Assembly (NCBI RefSeq): GCF_036321535.1
Contig: NC_087472.1
Span: 91,700,001-91,764,000 of the forward strand
Reading direction: 5' to 3'
Length of the DNA stretch: 64,000 bases
Source of the DNA: Camelus dromedarius
Lineage: Eukaryota
This document shows positions 1 to 13,109 of this stretch, in pieces; position 1 is the stretch's first letter, and every line of letters starts with the position of its first letter. The position numbers and the translations under genes were made by a program. A model generated the notes under the pieces. It had not been told where the DNA came from, did not search any database, and worked only from the letters and a program-made list of their open reading frames with translations.

Positions 1-492
1 GTAAGAATCAGGTATCCTTTGCTATTAAGTCTCACTGATCAATCACCAACAATGGAATGATTACTAGGTTTAGTTATTAACTAGTGCTCATTTTTCCTAT
101 TGGCCTAGTGGTGGGGCAGTCATCTTGCTAATAACCAGAGCTAAGGGAAACTCCAACAGCCAGAGTTCTGATACCCTGTGAAGACCACCATTTCTTCTTG
201 TGCGAAATAATGAAACTCTTTATTGTATAAATCAGGGAGAGCCAAACTTTTCTGATACTTGCTGCTTAAAACATATTAATTTTTCAACGGCTAAGTCACA
301 TACCTCTCCGGGCCTTAATTTCTTTATGTATAAAATGTAAGTCTTGAATTAGATGATTGCTGAAGTTATTTCCACTATTAACATTTATGATTTTAATGAT
401 ACTGTTGATAAGGGCAGCAATTTGGTTGCTGATTATGGCAGAGGGTCTATACACTAGCAAAAAGCTTAAACATTGACAAATATTTAGCTTTG

Positions 493-1019
493 TGTATTAG
501 TTTTATATTGCTGCTGTAACAGATTGCTACAAACAGTAGTTTAAAACAATACAAATTTAGCATCTTCCAGTTCTGTGGTTTGGAAGTTCAATATAGGTCT
601 CATTGGGCTAAGAACAAGGTGTAGGCAGGGACTGTACTCCTTTCTGGAGCCTCTAGGGAAAGAATTCGCTTCTTTGTCTTTTCCAAGTTTAAAGACTGTT
701 GGCCTTCTTTGTCTTGCGGCCCCCTTCCTCCAGCTTCAAAGTCAGCAAAGACAGGTTGAGTTCTTCTCATATCACATCTCTCTGACCCTTCTGTCATCAC
801 ATTTCTTTCTGACCACAGCCCACAAAAGTCCTCTGCTTTTAAGGACTTACTTGATTAGACTGGGTCCACTAGAGAATCCAGAAAAATCTTTCTAGCTCAA
901 GGTCTTTGGCAAACCCTTAATCACATCTTCAAAGTCCCTTTCACCATATACGGTAACATATTTAGTTTCTGGGGATTAGAGCACAACATCTTTGGGGGCC
1001 CATTATTCTTCCTACCACA
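493..1019 (-). mobile_element. MaLR solo LTR (MLT1D/E-like)
   Basis: Begins TGTATTAGTTT...GCTGCTGTAACA and ends CATTATTCTTCCTACCACA, the typical reverse-strand MLT1 termini. Internal AAGGACTTACTTGATTAGACTGGGTCCAC and TAATCACATCTTCAAAGTCCCTTT blocks are also MLT1-like. Confidence 0.85.
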
Positions 1020-1764
1020 ATTGTCTTAGCAAATGTGTTTACTAAGCATTGTAGTACATATATATTGATTTTTAAAATCTTAAATAACATATTTTAAAAT
1101 CCCCAATCATGGAGCTAACAGAAAATCTTGAAAGCACTGAAAAGCACAAGGAAAATTGTAAAATTATCTATAACCTATTATCCAAGGTTAGGCAGAGTAC
1201 CATTTTAGCATGTGTCCTTTAGCATCTATGAATATATTTCTGATAAAAAATGGATTCATACTATACATATAAATGTTCACTAACTTCTCTTTTCACTTAC
1301 CACTAAATTATGAACGTGTAGAAAATGTGCCTTAATTTTATTGACTACATGGCATTCCATCATATAGATAGGACTGACATGGTTTGCTTAATGAATCCCT
1401 TATTTTTAGACATTTACACTACTAATAAACATTCACTCTTATCAATAGCAAACATTTGTGCACAAACATTTGTACATAAATAGTTGGGTACAGTCTTTAA
1501 GATCAAAATGAAATAGTGATTAAAATCTTGGGTTTTAGAGTTAGATTTTCTAGAATTGGAATTTTACCCCTTTTAAATGCTCTTACTCTCATGATTCTCA
1601 ATGCAGGGTATCAGAATCACCTGTTATGCTAATGAAAATATGAGTTCCTGGCATCACCTAGATCTAATCCATATGAATCTGGTTTCAGTACATGCATTTA
1701 ATCATTTTGAGCAGTCATTAGAAGGAAGCTAAACTTTGTTGTGCATTTACTATTCACTATATTT

Positions 1765-2262
1765 ATATTTTCCCCAACTTATGATGGCTCAACTTACAAT
1801 TTTTTGACTTCACGATGGTGGAAAAGCAATACACATTCAGTAGAATTGTACTTCGAATTTTGAATTTTGATCTTTGTCCAGGGATAATGCAGCCCAATAC
1901 TCCCTTGTGATGCTGGCAGAGACAGCAGCTCCTAGTCAGCCACTCGATTGTGAGGGTAAACAACTAATACACTTACAGCCATTCTGTACCATTCTATACC
2001 CATACCACCATTCTGTTTTCCACTTCAGTACAGTGTTCAATAAACTACATGAGATATTCAACACTTAATTATAAAAGAGGCTTTGTGTTGGATGATTTTG
2101 CCCAACTGTAGACTAATGTAAGTGTTCTGAGCATGTTTAAAGTAGATGAAGCTAAGCTACAATGTTTGCTAGGCTAGATGTATTCAATGCGTTTTCGACT
2201 TACAGTATTTTCAACTTACAGTGGGTTTATTGCAATGTGACCCATCATAAGTTGAGGAAGAT
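1765..2262 (-). mobile_element. TcMar-Tigger non-autonomous DNA transposon (MER47/Tigger5-like)
   Basis: Degenerate terminal inverted repeats CCCCAACTTATGATGG ... CCATCATAAGTTGAGG. The internal sequence GGATGATTTTGCCCAACTGTAGACTAATGTAAGTGTTCTGAGCA matches the recalled MER47 consensus. Confidence 0.85.
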
Positions 2263-2289
2263 TGAGTGATCTATCGATCTATCTATCTA

Positions 2290-2735
2290 ATCCTCACAAT
2301 GGCCCTACGAAGCAGCTATTCTCCCCATTCTGCAGATGAGAGGACAAAGGCATAGGAGGTTAAGGGTTAAACAACTTGTCCAAAGTCTCACAATTCATAA
2401 ACAGTGATGCCTGGATAGAAATATAAGCTCTGAGTCCAGACTCAATGCTTTAAACCCACTCCTATCAGGTACCATTAAAATGTCACTTCAGTATAAACAA
2501 TATTAAAAACAGTAAGAGCACCAATTATGGTATGCCTCCTCAGTGCCAATCACTATTATCCACTGACATTTTGTTTGATCCTCACAGCAAGACTCTGATG
2601 TATAGTTTTTATTGTATTGTTTAGGAAACCAAGCTCAGAGATATGAATTCCCCTGGCTGTATAGCTAGTAACTGGCATAGCTAAAACTCTGTCTACATCT
2701 CGCTGACTCTAAATCCCAAGGTCTTAACCACTGCT
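2290..2735 (-). mobile_element. Two degenerate MIR SINE fragments
   Basis: MIR core-like CCCCATTCTGCAGATGAGAGGACAAAGGCATAGGAGGTTAAG and GAAACCAAGCTCAGAGA...CTAGTAACTGGCATAGCT. Boundaries approximate. Confidence 0.65.
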
Positions 2736-4292
2736 TTATTCCAATAGTAAACAGTATCTTATTAGATGAAGACATCTTTGGTGTATTAGACTATTATCAG
2801 TAAATATACTTGTTTCACTTAATAGCATAGAAAGAATTAGCGAGAATGGCAGGCAGAACTGCTCCCAGAAGGAAATGGCTACTGGGGAGGAGGTAAGCTG
2901 AGTTTTGCATAGAGACGTTCTTGACACTGACCTCCATGTAAAAGGTCCTCACTCTGAAGATACGGCTACTGATTACCCAATTCAGAAAAGCTGCTGCCAT
3001 AAAACTGGACTCTGAAGTCAGCTCCTATCCTCACAATGTGGTTTCTGACATCTTAGTCCACCCTTGGAAACCCAGCTATCCCAATAAGGCAAATATGCCC
3101 TGTGGGTCAACCCTGCCTGGGCCACAGAGAGCCTGGCTTATATAAGCAAAGCCCTTAAAGTAAAGGTTCAGCCACAGAAAAGGAGGAGCCTGATTCTTGG
3201 AATCTGCCATTTACCATGGGAAAAATGGTTTCCAGGCACACTTAAAGGGCTTTTACTTTCCTCATAGCAAATGACAATCAAAAAATAAATCAGGATACTT
3301 TAAAGATGTCTTATACAATATATACAGCATAGGATATTATAGACTCTACTAATTCGTGTTTTTGAGCTAAATCATCTATAAGAAAGGTAAAACAAGAGCT
3401 GTGGGAAGAACTGAAGAAATGTGTTTTCAAAACAGAGTACTTTAAAGAAGTTATGATTAAGGTAAATGAAACTGAAAGAAGTAAAGGAATATAGATTGTC
3501 ATAAAGTTAATAATTATCACAAAATTTATTGTTAGAAGAGACTTTCAATGTCAGAGGAGAAATAGAGCTCTGGGGCCACCTAGAGGTGGTTCTTCAAAAG
3601 GCTTTCAGTTGAGTGTCCTGTTCATTCTATTTTTAACATAGCTTTTTAAGCAATATGTAATTAGTTGGACGAAGCTACTTAAACCAAAGTTTTCATTGAA
3701 ATTCAGGTCTTTCTACAGGTAAAATTTCCCTCACTAGTGGGTAGTAGAGTTTGGAGTGTTAAAAAAGTTTTCACAAAACCAGACCCAAAAAATAGCTGGT
3801 GGTTGTTTGTGGTTTTGTGGTCTTAGATTTGATCGTCTCGGGGAAACCAAAAGCCTCCATGGGCAAATAGGTCTGTGTGATTTTGACCAAATCTGAACAA
3901 TTCAGAATTTCCCCACAACGATCAGAACTTTGGGAACTACCCTCCCTCTCCTGTCAAGAAATGGAACATTATGTGGATTGGTGTTAAGACAAATTTTTCC
4001 AACACAGCTGTCATTGAGTAAGAAGGTTGGGCCTAAATGATTTCACAGACCATTTGATACTACAAAAGCAAAATTTATGAGAGTGACTGGGAAGACTGGC
4101 ACTGCTTTTGATAAAAATCCAGTGATTTGATGTCTATTTTCAAAAAATTTACTACTTAATCCTTCCAAAGTAAATATATATGTTCTTAGCCTTGCAACTG
4201 ATACTGCTATAGATGAGAGAGCAACCTAATGAAAAGAACACTGCGTTCTAGGGCCAGTTCTACAACTGCATATTTCTGGAATTGTTACTTGA

Positions 4293-4924
4293 TGTGGTGG
4301 TTTTAACTGTGCCAGTTTATCTGAGCTGGATCTGCTTTTCCAGAAATGTCTTTCCTCAGGTTAGAGTTGGCCACAAGAGAAACCTGCGTGAGAGTTAGAA
4401 GGTGAAAGTGAAGCGGCAGCCGCTATGCTCTGAAGGGCAGCGTGGGGCCCCAGGCTCCTCACACACGTTACTACCCGGCTGCAGATTCACCGTGTCAGCG
4501 CCAGTAGCCACCAGCCCGCGACTCCTTCAGCTCCTGCCACATCTTGCCCTTCAGTTTCTCCAAGTCTTGGTGCTGGCACGTGTGCAGTTTAATGATGAGG
4601 GGTACTGTCTCCTTTTCCAAGTTACCCGTATCATCAAGGTCGGAGGCGGTGGTAGACAAAGATGGGTTCCAGTGGGTTTGTTTGTCCCAGTGGGTTCCAG
4701 TTTGTCCTCATGCTCCTTTACCTCAGGTGCAGGTTTCCTTCCTGACTGCTGGTTCTGCTCACCTACTGTCATCTTGGACTCATCCCCAGACAGGAAAGCA
4801 ACAGCTTTACGTAGACTCCTTCACCAGCTCTCACAGCTGCCCAAGATCAACTCTGTATAATAAAGCCCTCATTCCACGTCACTGAAAAGGATTCTGCTTC
4901 TCTGATCAAACCCTCAAGGACACA
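4293..4924 (+). mobile_element. ERVL-class solo LTR (subfamily uncertain)
   Basis: TG...CA termini, AATAAA near 4859, and 3' end TTCTGCTTCTCTGATCAAACCCT...ACA typical of old ERVL LTRs. Flanks CTTGA/GCTGA are a possible degraded 5-bp TSD. Confidence 0.7.
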
Positions 4925-5179
4925 GCTGATGTTACAGGGCCTTAATTACTTCATCTGCAAAATGGAACATGGATACTAGAAGATATCTTAGTTTCTTTTC
5001 TCTATTACATATCAAAAATTTTAGCTTTTGTTAAGAGTCCCTCTGATAGGTGTGACACAGTTGGAAGTCCTTCAAAACTCTACTAAAAGGTTACTGAATT
5101 CATAATCGTTATTATTATACACTGAGAATGATTATTTATTAAATAAGTGGTTACTATTCTTCTCATCATACTAACAGCT

Positions 5180-5980
5180 AACATTTATTGAGTACTTAAC
5201 ATATGTAGACACTGTAATCTATAGACATAAGCTAATATCACTTAATCCTAACAATAATCCTACAAGGTACGTAATGTTCCATTTCATAGATGAGAAAAGT
5301 GAAGCTTAGAAGGGAGAAGTCAGACATTCAGTAAGTGGCAGAGCTTAAATTCTAATTCAAGAGGTAAGATTCAGAGACCATGTTCTTATGCTATTTGAGA
5401 GAATAACATGCCTGAAACCATAGTCCCTGTCCTCAACAAGCTTACATGTCATCGGAAATACAGTCAAGTAAATTATTTTAATTCAGTAATGTAATTAATT
5501 CTCTAGTGCTTGAATACATACCAGGACCTACGAATCAGACAGGGACATCTAAATGAGTTAATATTGTAGCTGAACTATGAAAGAGCAAGTTGCATTCACT
5601 TAGGAGAAAAGGGAAGGAAGGCTATTCTATGCAGATAAAGTCGCATGAACAACGGCTTGGAGACATGAAGCAGTCTGTCATGTTCAGGGATATTCTGAAA
5701 TATCCTGAATATTCAGAATGGTCAGAGAAAAAGATATGAGGGTGAAGGGAGAGATGGGGAGAGGAAAGGTCAGAGAGGGAAGAAGGGGCCCGATTCCTGT
5801 ATGCTAATCTAAGAAGCTGTTGTAATGCTATGGGGATTAAAGGATTTTTTTGGAGAGTGACATGGTTAGATTTGCATTTTATAAACCTCATGATCTCTGG
5901 CAGCAGCTTAGAGGATGGCTTGGAGATGGGGGAGAATGGCCACAGGGAAAACAGCAAACTAGGTACAAGGAATGAGGAAA
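5180..5980. mobile_element. MIR followed by LINE-2 fragments
   Basis: AGCTAACATTTATTGAGTACTTA...CCATTTCATAGATGAGAAAAGTGAAGCTTAGA (MIR). GAGTGACATGGTTAGATTTGCATTTTATAAA...CTCTGGCAGCAG (L2). Boundaries approximate. Confidence 0.6.
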
Positions 5981-7879
5981 TGAGGATGTGGACTGTTCTA
6001 AAGTGAGAGGCAGTGCCAGTCTGGAGACAATGAACTGTAGCAGTCTTGTCCCTTCATGGCTGTGGCCCCGGCGTGGCCTTTTGTGAAGCTGGCTGAGCTC
6101 TCCTTGCTGTCCTGGGACCCATTACCGGAAGGTGGTAGACCTCCCTTGAGAGTCCCCCCCAAAATACTGCCAGTGTCAAAACTGAATGAAAAGCAATAAC
6201 CTTGAACTTGGAGAACCTCTTGGTGCACTGGCAGGTGAGCCACGAACATCTTCATTTCAAGCTTTTCCATAGTACATTAATGATCTTAACTAAACTACTA
6301 AGAATCTTTACTTAGAATGAGAAGGCCAAGTAGTATAGTGGAAAAGTGTTGTGGGCAGGTAGGCGTGGTTCTGATTCCTGAGTCCACCATTCACTAGGGA
6401 GTGACAATGGTCAAGATATTTAACCTAGCTGAATCTCAACTTTCTCATCTGTAGAGAGCTTAATAAGTCATACCTGCAGCATAACTGAAAGGACAAAATC
6501 AGTTACCACATATAAAATAATGAGCTTGTTGCTTCACACATGAGAAGCCATCAATAAATATTAGTCTCCTTTCATTTTTCCTTCCTCCTCTTCCCATTTC
6601 TATGGTCCCATTCATATGTGGTAAATGATATTTATCTGTCAATATTATACAAACATATGCTAGAAGGAACTTAACCTTACTGAGTACTAAACGCATAATG
6701 ATGGTCCTGAGTATTTCACATTTATTGTTTGAATGTTTAGCAGGATTTGAAGTTCTGATTTTCTCAAGAAATAATAATATAAATTCCCAATCACCTGAAT
6801 AACCTCCTCCCCATGCTTAGTCACATAAACACAGAAATAAAAGCCAGAGAATAATCAGGACTTTTGATGTAAACTAGGAACAATTTTGAATTTGAAGGTT
6901 AAAATCCCAGGGTAACATACAGAAATATATAGTCTATATTTTAATTATAGAACTCTTATTTAGTCTTCTTTTCCTTTATATATTCCTGTAATGTTAAAAG
7001 TAGGAACTGATTTTATAAAGTTATATAAAAAATATGCAGCTCACTCTGCCCTTGATGTAACAAATCCAAAACCCTCCTGGCCATGTTGGTGGTCTCCAAG
7101 CTCCTCAGGACTAAAATTGACAGCTGAACTCTGCTCAAGGGAGCAATGCAGAGATTAATGTTACTTTGCATTTTTCCCAGTCACAGCATTTCTATTAGAC
7201 TCATAATAATTGACCCTTGTGTGTGGCCCCTCCACTTGGGAATCACTGAAGAATTAGTAGCTCATAAAATGGCACCTGCTCAATTGTCCCTTAGCAACAA
7301 GTGCAATAAAAATTGCCCAAATTCATAAATGTGATAGAAAATGCTGCCATAATGATGGTAATGGATCTCCTTAGGTCTGTGGTATTTCATCTGTTTCCCC
7401 ACAGTTTTTTTTTCATTCTCCTTTCATTTCCTTAACTGAAAATATTTCAAAAGTTTGATGTAAAGCCATAAAATAAAGCCATTTGGTATTAAGTCAATCT
7501 TCCCTCTTAACCCGCTCTACAGTGACTAGGCATTTTAATTAGAGCAAATCTCTTTTGTCCATGAGTAATTTTAATGAGTGTTTTGGCTGCGCTGTTCTAT
7601 ATGGCTTTAAGCTTGCATATTTTTATCCTAAATTTTGCTTTCATCCCTAACTGAAATCTGGTTGATTTTCAAATGAGAACAGGAGTATCTTGGGGCCATT
7701 TTGCTAAGTTACTCGATGAGTTTGGGTTCCTGAGGGAAAGCATTGTGGCAGAGGGAGTTGTTTGTGTTCAAAATACAATTAGTCACATAGCAAGTCCCAA
7801 ATAACAGTGGCATAATGGACTTATCTTTTTTAGATGAGTACTTCCACTTTACTTCATAATTTTTCTTCTAATTATAGCA

Positions 7880-8378
7880 AGAAGGAGACAAGTCAAAAGA
7901 CATGGATAAGAATGTACAAAGCAGCACTCTCTGTAATAGCCCCGAACTGGAAACTGCCCAATTGCCCATCAACAGTAACATGGGTAAATGTATCACCACG
8001 TATTCATACACTGGAGTACTACAGAGCAGTGAGAATGAGTAAATTACAACTACTCACAAGTGCCAGGATAAATATCACTGGCAAAATGTTCAGTAAATGA
8101 AGCCTGACAAGAAGGAGTACACAGTGATTTTTTTTTCACTTCTACAAAGTCCAAATTCAGAGAAGCTGATTTATGGTGTTAGAAGTCAGAAGAGTGGTTA
8201 AATCAGGAAGGGCGATTGTGACCACGTCAGTGCAAGTGAGGCTTCTAGGTCATATTCTGTACCTTGATATGAGTGCTGGTTACACAGGTATGTTTATTTT
8301 ATAGAAATTCACTGACATAGACACTTATGATTTGTATACTTCTCTAAATATAAATACTTTCCTTCAATCAAAATTAAA
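7880..8378 (+). mobile_element. Old L1 (L1ME-type) 3' end
   Basis: AAGAATGTACAAAGCAGCACTCTCTGTAATAGCCCCGAACTGGAAACTGCCCAATTGCCCATCAACAG and ATGGTGTTAGAAGTCAG 3'UTR motifs. Confidence 0.8.
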
Positions 8379-8841
8379 ATTGACAGTGCCGCAGCTGCTT
8401 ATCCATTGGTTAAGTTGTTTCTTGTCCATGTGGCATGTGAGAAAGCCTAAAAAACTTCCAGCTGAGAATAATGACCAATGAATATGGAAGCAGTTTGGGC
8501 TTATGTTTAGGCACCAGAAAACTCATCAGCAAGAGTATAAAAGTGAGTTTAGTCATGAAAGTGAAAATACCCCTGGCTCCATAAGCCAACACTTATACAC
8601 GAATTGCCAAGTTTCTACTGCCCAAATTAGGTACCTCCCAGTGCTCTATGGCAGCAAATAAGCATGTTAGGAAGGAATAAACTGTTGTCAATTGGGCAGG
8701 GGCCTTTGTAAATATTCCTTCAAAGAGGGGTCTGCCATCTGGATAGGAGGTTTACAGCCTCATCGTGGCATGAATGTCTGTTAAAAGGACACATGAACAT
8801 GAGACGATGAAGAAGAATAAATATGAGCATTCTGTACTCAC

Positions 8842-8927
8842 CTAGCCAGAGTGTGAAGCTCTCCACGAGACCAGACGCTGCAAGCCTCCTCAGCCCGTCA
8901 GGTGAAAAGTCCTAATGAAGATGATAC
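8842..8927 (-). other. Putative non-coding spliced exon (86 nt)
   Basis: Minus-strand acceptor ctcctctccttgctgtgttctttatactcag|G and donor TAG|gtgagt. All three frames contain stops. Lies in non-repetitive sequence. Confidence 0.45.
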
Positions 8928-10059
8928 CTGAGTATAAAGAACACAGCAAGGAGAGGAGTAATGTTGGCTGCTCAAAGGCTGTTCAGTTTCATATAAACTA
9001 GGATAATGATCAGCCCATTCTTAGACAGACTGTTAGAAGATTTTTCTCTGTGTGGACTGAAAACACTTTAAACAGTGCCTCTTAATTTAAGAATTAAATT
9101 TGAATTGTATGATTCACTTGAAAGCTAGAATTAAACCTGTCACACTGAGGAAGGGGGCAAAAAACAACTTAAGACCTTGATCTTACAAAAATAAAAGTGT
9201 CTTCTAATTATTTACACACATCCCCCCTTCCCCAGAATTCAGTGGTGAAGTGAGGCTCCGCATAAAATACAGTGCTCTGCAAGTAAGGCACTTAACCAGC
9301 ATTCACACATTTTATGTGCAGTGAGGTCACTTTCCTATTACTCTTCCTGGTGCAGGAAAGGTTTTTGTAATATATGACATTGCCCAAGCTTATCACAGCG
9401 CCTTGTTGATGCTGCTGCCACAGACTCCCAAGTGGTCATTCCCTGAGTGATATTTTTCAATGAATTTCCTCTGCTGCTTCTAGAATTCTCAGCACCTCAA
9501 GGAGAGCGTGTATGCTCTCATCCCAGGTGTGCTATCATACTTTAAATTTCTCTTAATCATGTGGTCAACAGAGAGTGAAGGATATTATGGAAAACATCAT
9601 AGCAAGTTACACACCGTATCCTTTAAATACATAACTTATGGAAGTATTTAGAGAAATGTAAAATGAAAAACTCCACTGCCATCTCTTTAAATGAAACTAT
9701 TAACCAACCCATTGGTAATCACTCCAAAATAAGGCAAGCAATCTATAATGCACCTATGCAGCAAAGCATATGGAAGGTAGTTGAAGCCACTTAGCTTGAT
9801 TAAAAGTTCTAAGCTCTTTATTTTCTTATACTTTTCAAATGCTTGGGGCTTCTCAATTGTTATCACATTTTTCTTCCCCCAAAGACAACTTATTTAAAGG
9901 TACTTAATTGCACAGTGCTTGACACATGGTGGAATCTCATTAACTATTTGGCTGAATGAATGAATTGTTGAATAGATAAACAAAGGACACAAAGATGGAC
10001 AGATGAATGGATGGATGGATATACATGGACTGAGGAACTACCTATGCATTATTAAGTTC

Positions 10060-11342
10060 TTTCCGTAGGATTAAATTCATTTTATACACTCTTCGTAAGC
10101 ATGCTTTGCAATTTATGGTAATACAAAAACTGGGAAGTTTATACCCTTTGACCGCCACCCCCCCTTCCCCCTCCCTCAAGCTCCTAGCAACTACCATTCT
10201 ATCTTCTGCTTCTATGAATGACTTTTATTTTTTTTAAAGTTTTTTTTAGTTTTTAAAAAATTATTTTTATTTAAATAATTTACTGAGGTAAAATTCTCAA
10301 TTTAGAAATTAACCATTTTAAGATGAACAATTCAAGTGGCATTCAGTATATTCACAATGTTGTGCAAACACCACTTCTGTCTAGTTCCAAAACATTTCCA
10401 TCGCCCAAAATAAAACCTCTTATACATTAAGCACTTTCCTTCTATTGGCATCCTCCTCCCAGCCCCTGGTAACCACCAATATGCATTCTCTCCCTTTGGA
10501 TTTATCTATTCTGGATATTTTCTTAAATTTACATATAGGTACTGTTCATTGTTTCTAAGAACAGTTTAGAGCTTTAGCTTTTTAAACTTACATAGCTATC
10601 AAAGGAATAAATCCAACCACAAAATAAGAATCAACAGAATGCAGTAATCCAATCATAAAGGACAGTCAAATGTGTTTACACATATTCAAGAAATCAATCA
10701 TCTAAGTTATAAATTATAAGTTCATTTGCATCCTTTTTTTTAAGATTCCACATATGAGCAATGAATTTGACTATTTTAGATTCCACATATAACTGAGATC
10801 ATGCTGTATTTGTCTTTCTCTGTCTTAGTTCACTATGCACAATGTCCTCCAGGTTCATCCATGTGGTTGCAAATGACAGGCTTTCCTTTTTAAAGACTGA
10901 ATAATATTTCATTGTATATACACTTTTTCTTTATGCATTCATCCATTGATGTACATTTAGATTGTTTCCCTATCTTGGCTATTATAAATAGTGCTTCGGT
11001 GAGCATGGGAGTATAGCTATCTCTTTGGTCCTATTTCAATTCCTTTGGTTATATACCCGTAAGTGGGATTGCTGGATCATATGGTAGTTCTATTTTTAAT
11101 TTTTTGAGTAACCTCCATATTGTTTTCCATAGCAGCTACACCATTATACATTCCCACCAATGGTGTACAAGTGTTCGGATTTCTCTGTATCTTTGCCAAC
11201 ACCTTTTGTCTCTCTTTTGTGATAACAGCCATCTTATCAGGTGTGAGGATTTCATTGTAATCTTGATTTGCATTTCCCTGGTGATTAGTGATGTTAAGCA
11301 TATCTTCATATACCTGCTGGCCATTTGTATGTCTTCTTGGAG
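10060..11342 (-). mobile_element. L1MA-type 3' end, interrupted by a nested insertion at about 10227-10760
   Basis: Reverse L1 ORF2-end/3'UTR motifs (TTGATTTGCATTTCCCTGGTGATTAGTGATGTT; GGGATTGCTGGATCATATGGTAGTTCTATTTTTAATTTTTTGAG). Listed ORFs 11077-11358 are L1 ORF2 remnants. Confidence 0.85.
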
Positions 11343-13109
11343 GAATAATTATTTCTGAGGCACAAACTTCTTGAAATTACATGACTTCATAACACTTCCT
11401 CTTTTAGGAAAGGGGAGCTTGCTGTATCCACCTGGTATTCATTAGAACAACTTCGAATGAGTAGGCTTACCAACATCATCACTCATCTCAAAAGCACTTG
11501 GTTTTAGAAACAGCACATGCCTGCTGTTGTGTACTTTCTCCGGTTTTATTAAGTAAACAATGTTAGCAGCCAATCATGGCTGATGGCTACATCATTGTAA
11601 GTATAGTCTACTGTGTGAGGATCATGAAAATCTGTACCACTACATTAGAGTCCCATTTACTTCATCAAAATCAGAATTTCTTTCTCATTTCCGTGTTTAA
11701 CTTAGTAGAACTGTTCTGCATTTTTATAAATGGGGGGGGGTGTATTATTGGCTTGGGTGAGATGCTGTCATAAAGTTAGTTAAGAAGGATTTTGCAGTTG
11801 GTGTTTTGTCTCCAGATAAACAAGTCCATCTTCTGAAACTTCATATCTAACTGGTTTAGATTTTTTCCCTTTGTTTCTCTTGCTGCTTCACAAACATTTC
11901 TGCAGTTCTAGGAACAATCAATTACAGTAGGACTTCCGGGTTTTCTGTTTTTGCTTCCACTAGGGAAAAGCTGATTAAGATTTCACAAAGCAGGTTCAAC
12001 ATTGATCTTCAAACTTTAATATAGTTACTTGCACCAATAAAAAAGTAAATGCAAAACAATTCTAACAACCATAAAATACTTTTGACACAGGAATTTTTTA
12101 TAAAGACATGGAGGCCCTAGTGTACAATACATATGCATGATAGTAATTACTGGGGGTGCTTAGTTCCAGTGTACAATGCTTTTACTGTAAGACCTAATCC
12201 CTCAATGATTATCCTTTAACTTCAATGTGATAATTAAATCGGGCAACAGATGATATGTGTTAAGTTAAGAAGGATGTTGGCTACCATTAGTGAGCAAACC
12301 AAACTGAACAACTGACGATAATTACACAAAATCTGACAAATAAAAGTAGTCATGTTTGATTTGATTCTTTAAAAACATCCAATCTTTAAAGCAATCTGCA
12401 GTAAATGCACAGAGAACCAAGGGATTATCAGTTCTCAACACACTGAGTCCCATCCAAGAGTTAGAAAGAACTCCACAGCACAATGTTTACATCCGTTGGG
12501 CCATGATCAGTAAATTGATGATGTAGGAAGTCATTTTATATTATCTTCTTTGAGATGGACTGCCAAGTCACAATTTCAAGGAATATTTTTTCCTGACAGT
12601 TGAAAAAAATAGAAGGGCGTTTTGCTCTGATTGTAGTTTGTTTTTGTTCTATTATGAGCTCCATTTTGCTGCAGTTCACTCATTATTAGTTTATGATGGA
12701 TGCTATTGTTCTGTTGCTGTATGTGCACACATTTTCAGCAAAGAGCAACTCATGGATACTAACCTGACAAAACAGATCTATTAGGGTATCATTTGTTATT
12801 TGTGAATGTCTACAGGATAGGAGATGAAGGATAGGATAAGAAAGACAGGAGAAGAAAGAACAGGTATATTCTGAAAGATACCAGTGCACTGCCTCATTAT
12901 ATCATTTATTAAAATAGATATGATACAGATTTATGTGAGGATCCTATTTGTAAGATATCTGGGGTATAGTTATTAACATATTGGGAAGTAATGTTTATTG
13001 AATGCAACGTCTGCTGAGCACTTTCATAAATCCCATTGGATTCAGTCCTAATGTTAAGCTTAGGAGGTAAATATTAACCTAATTTTAAAATGTTTTATAA
13101 AATAAAATA

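Noticed and set aside
4402..4885. 152-aa and 113-aa ORFs
   Set aside because: Entirely inside a GC-richer solo LTR, with non-ATG starts and no recognisable protein.
11941..12024. Acceptor-like ttttctgtttttgcttccactag followed by EKLIKISQSRFNIDLQTLI*
   Set aside because: No convincing donor or recognisable product; insufficient support.
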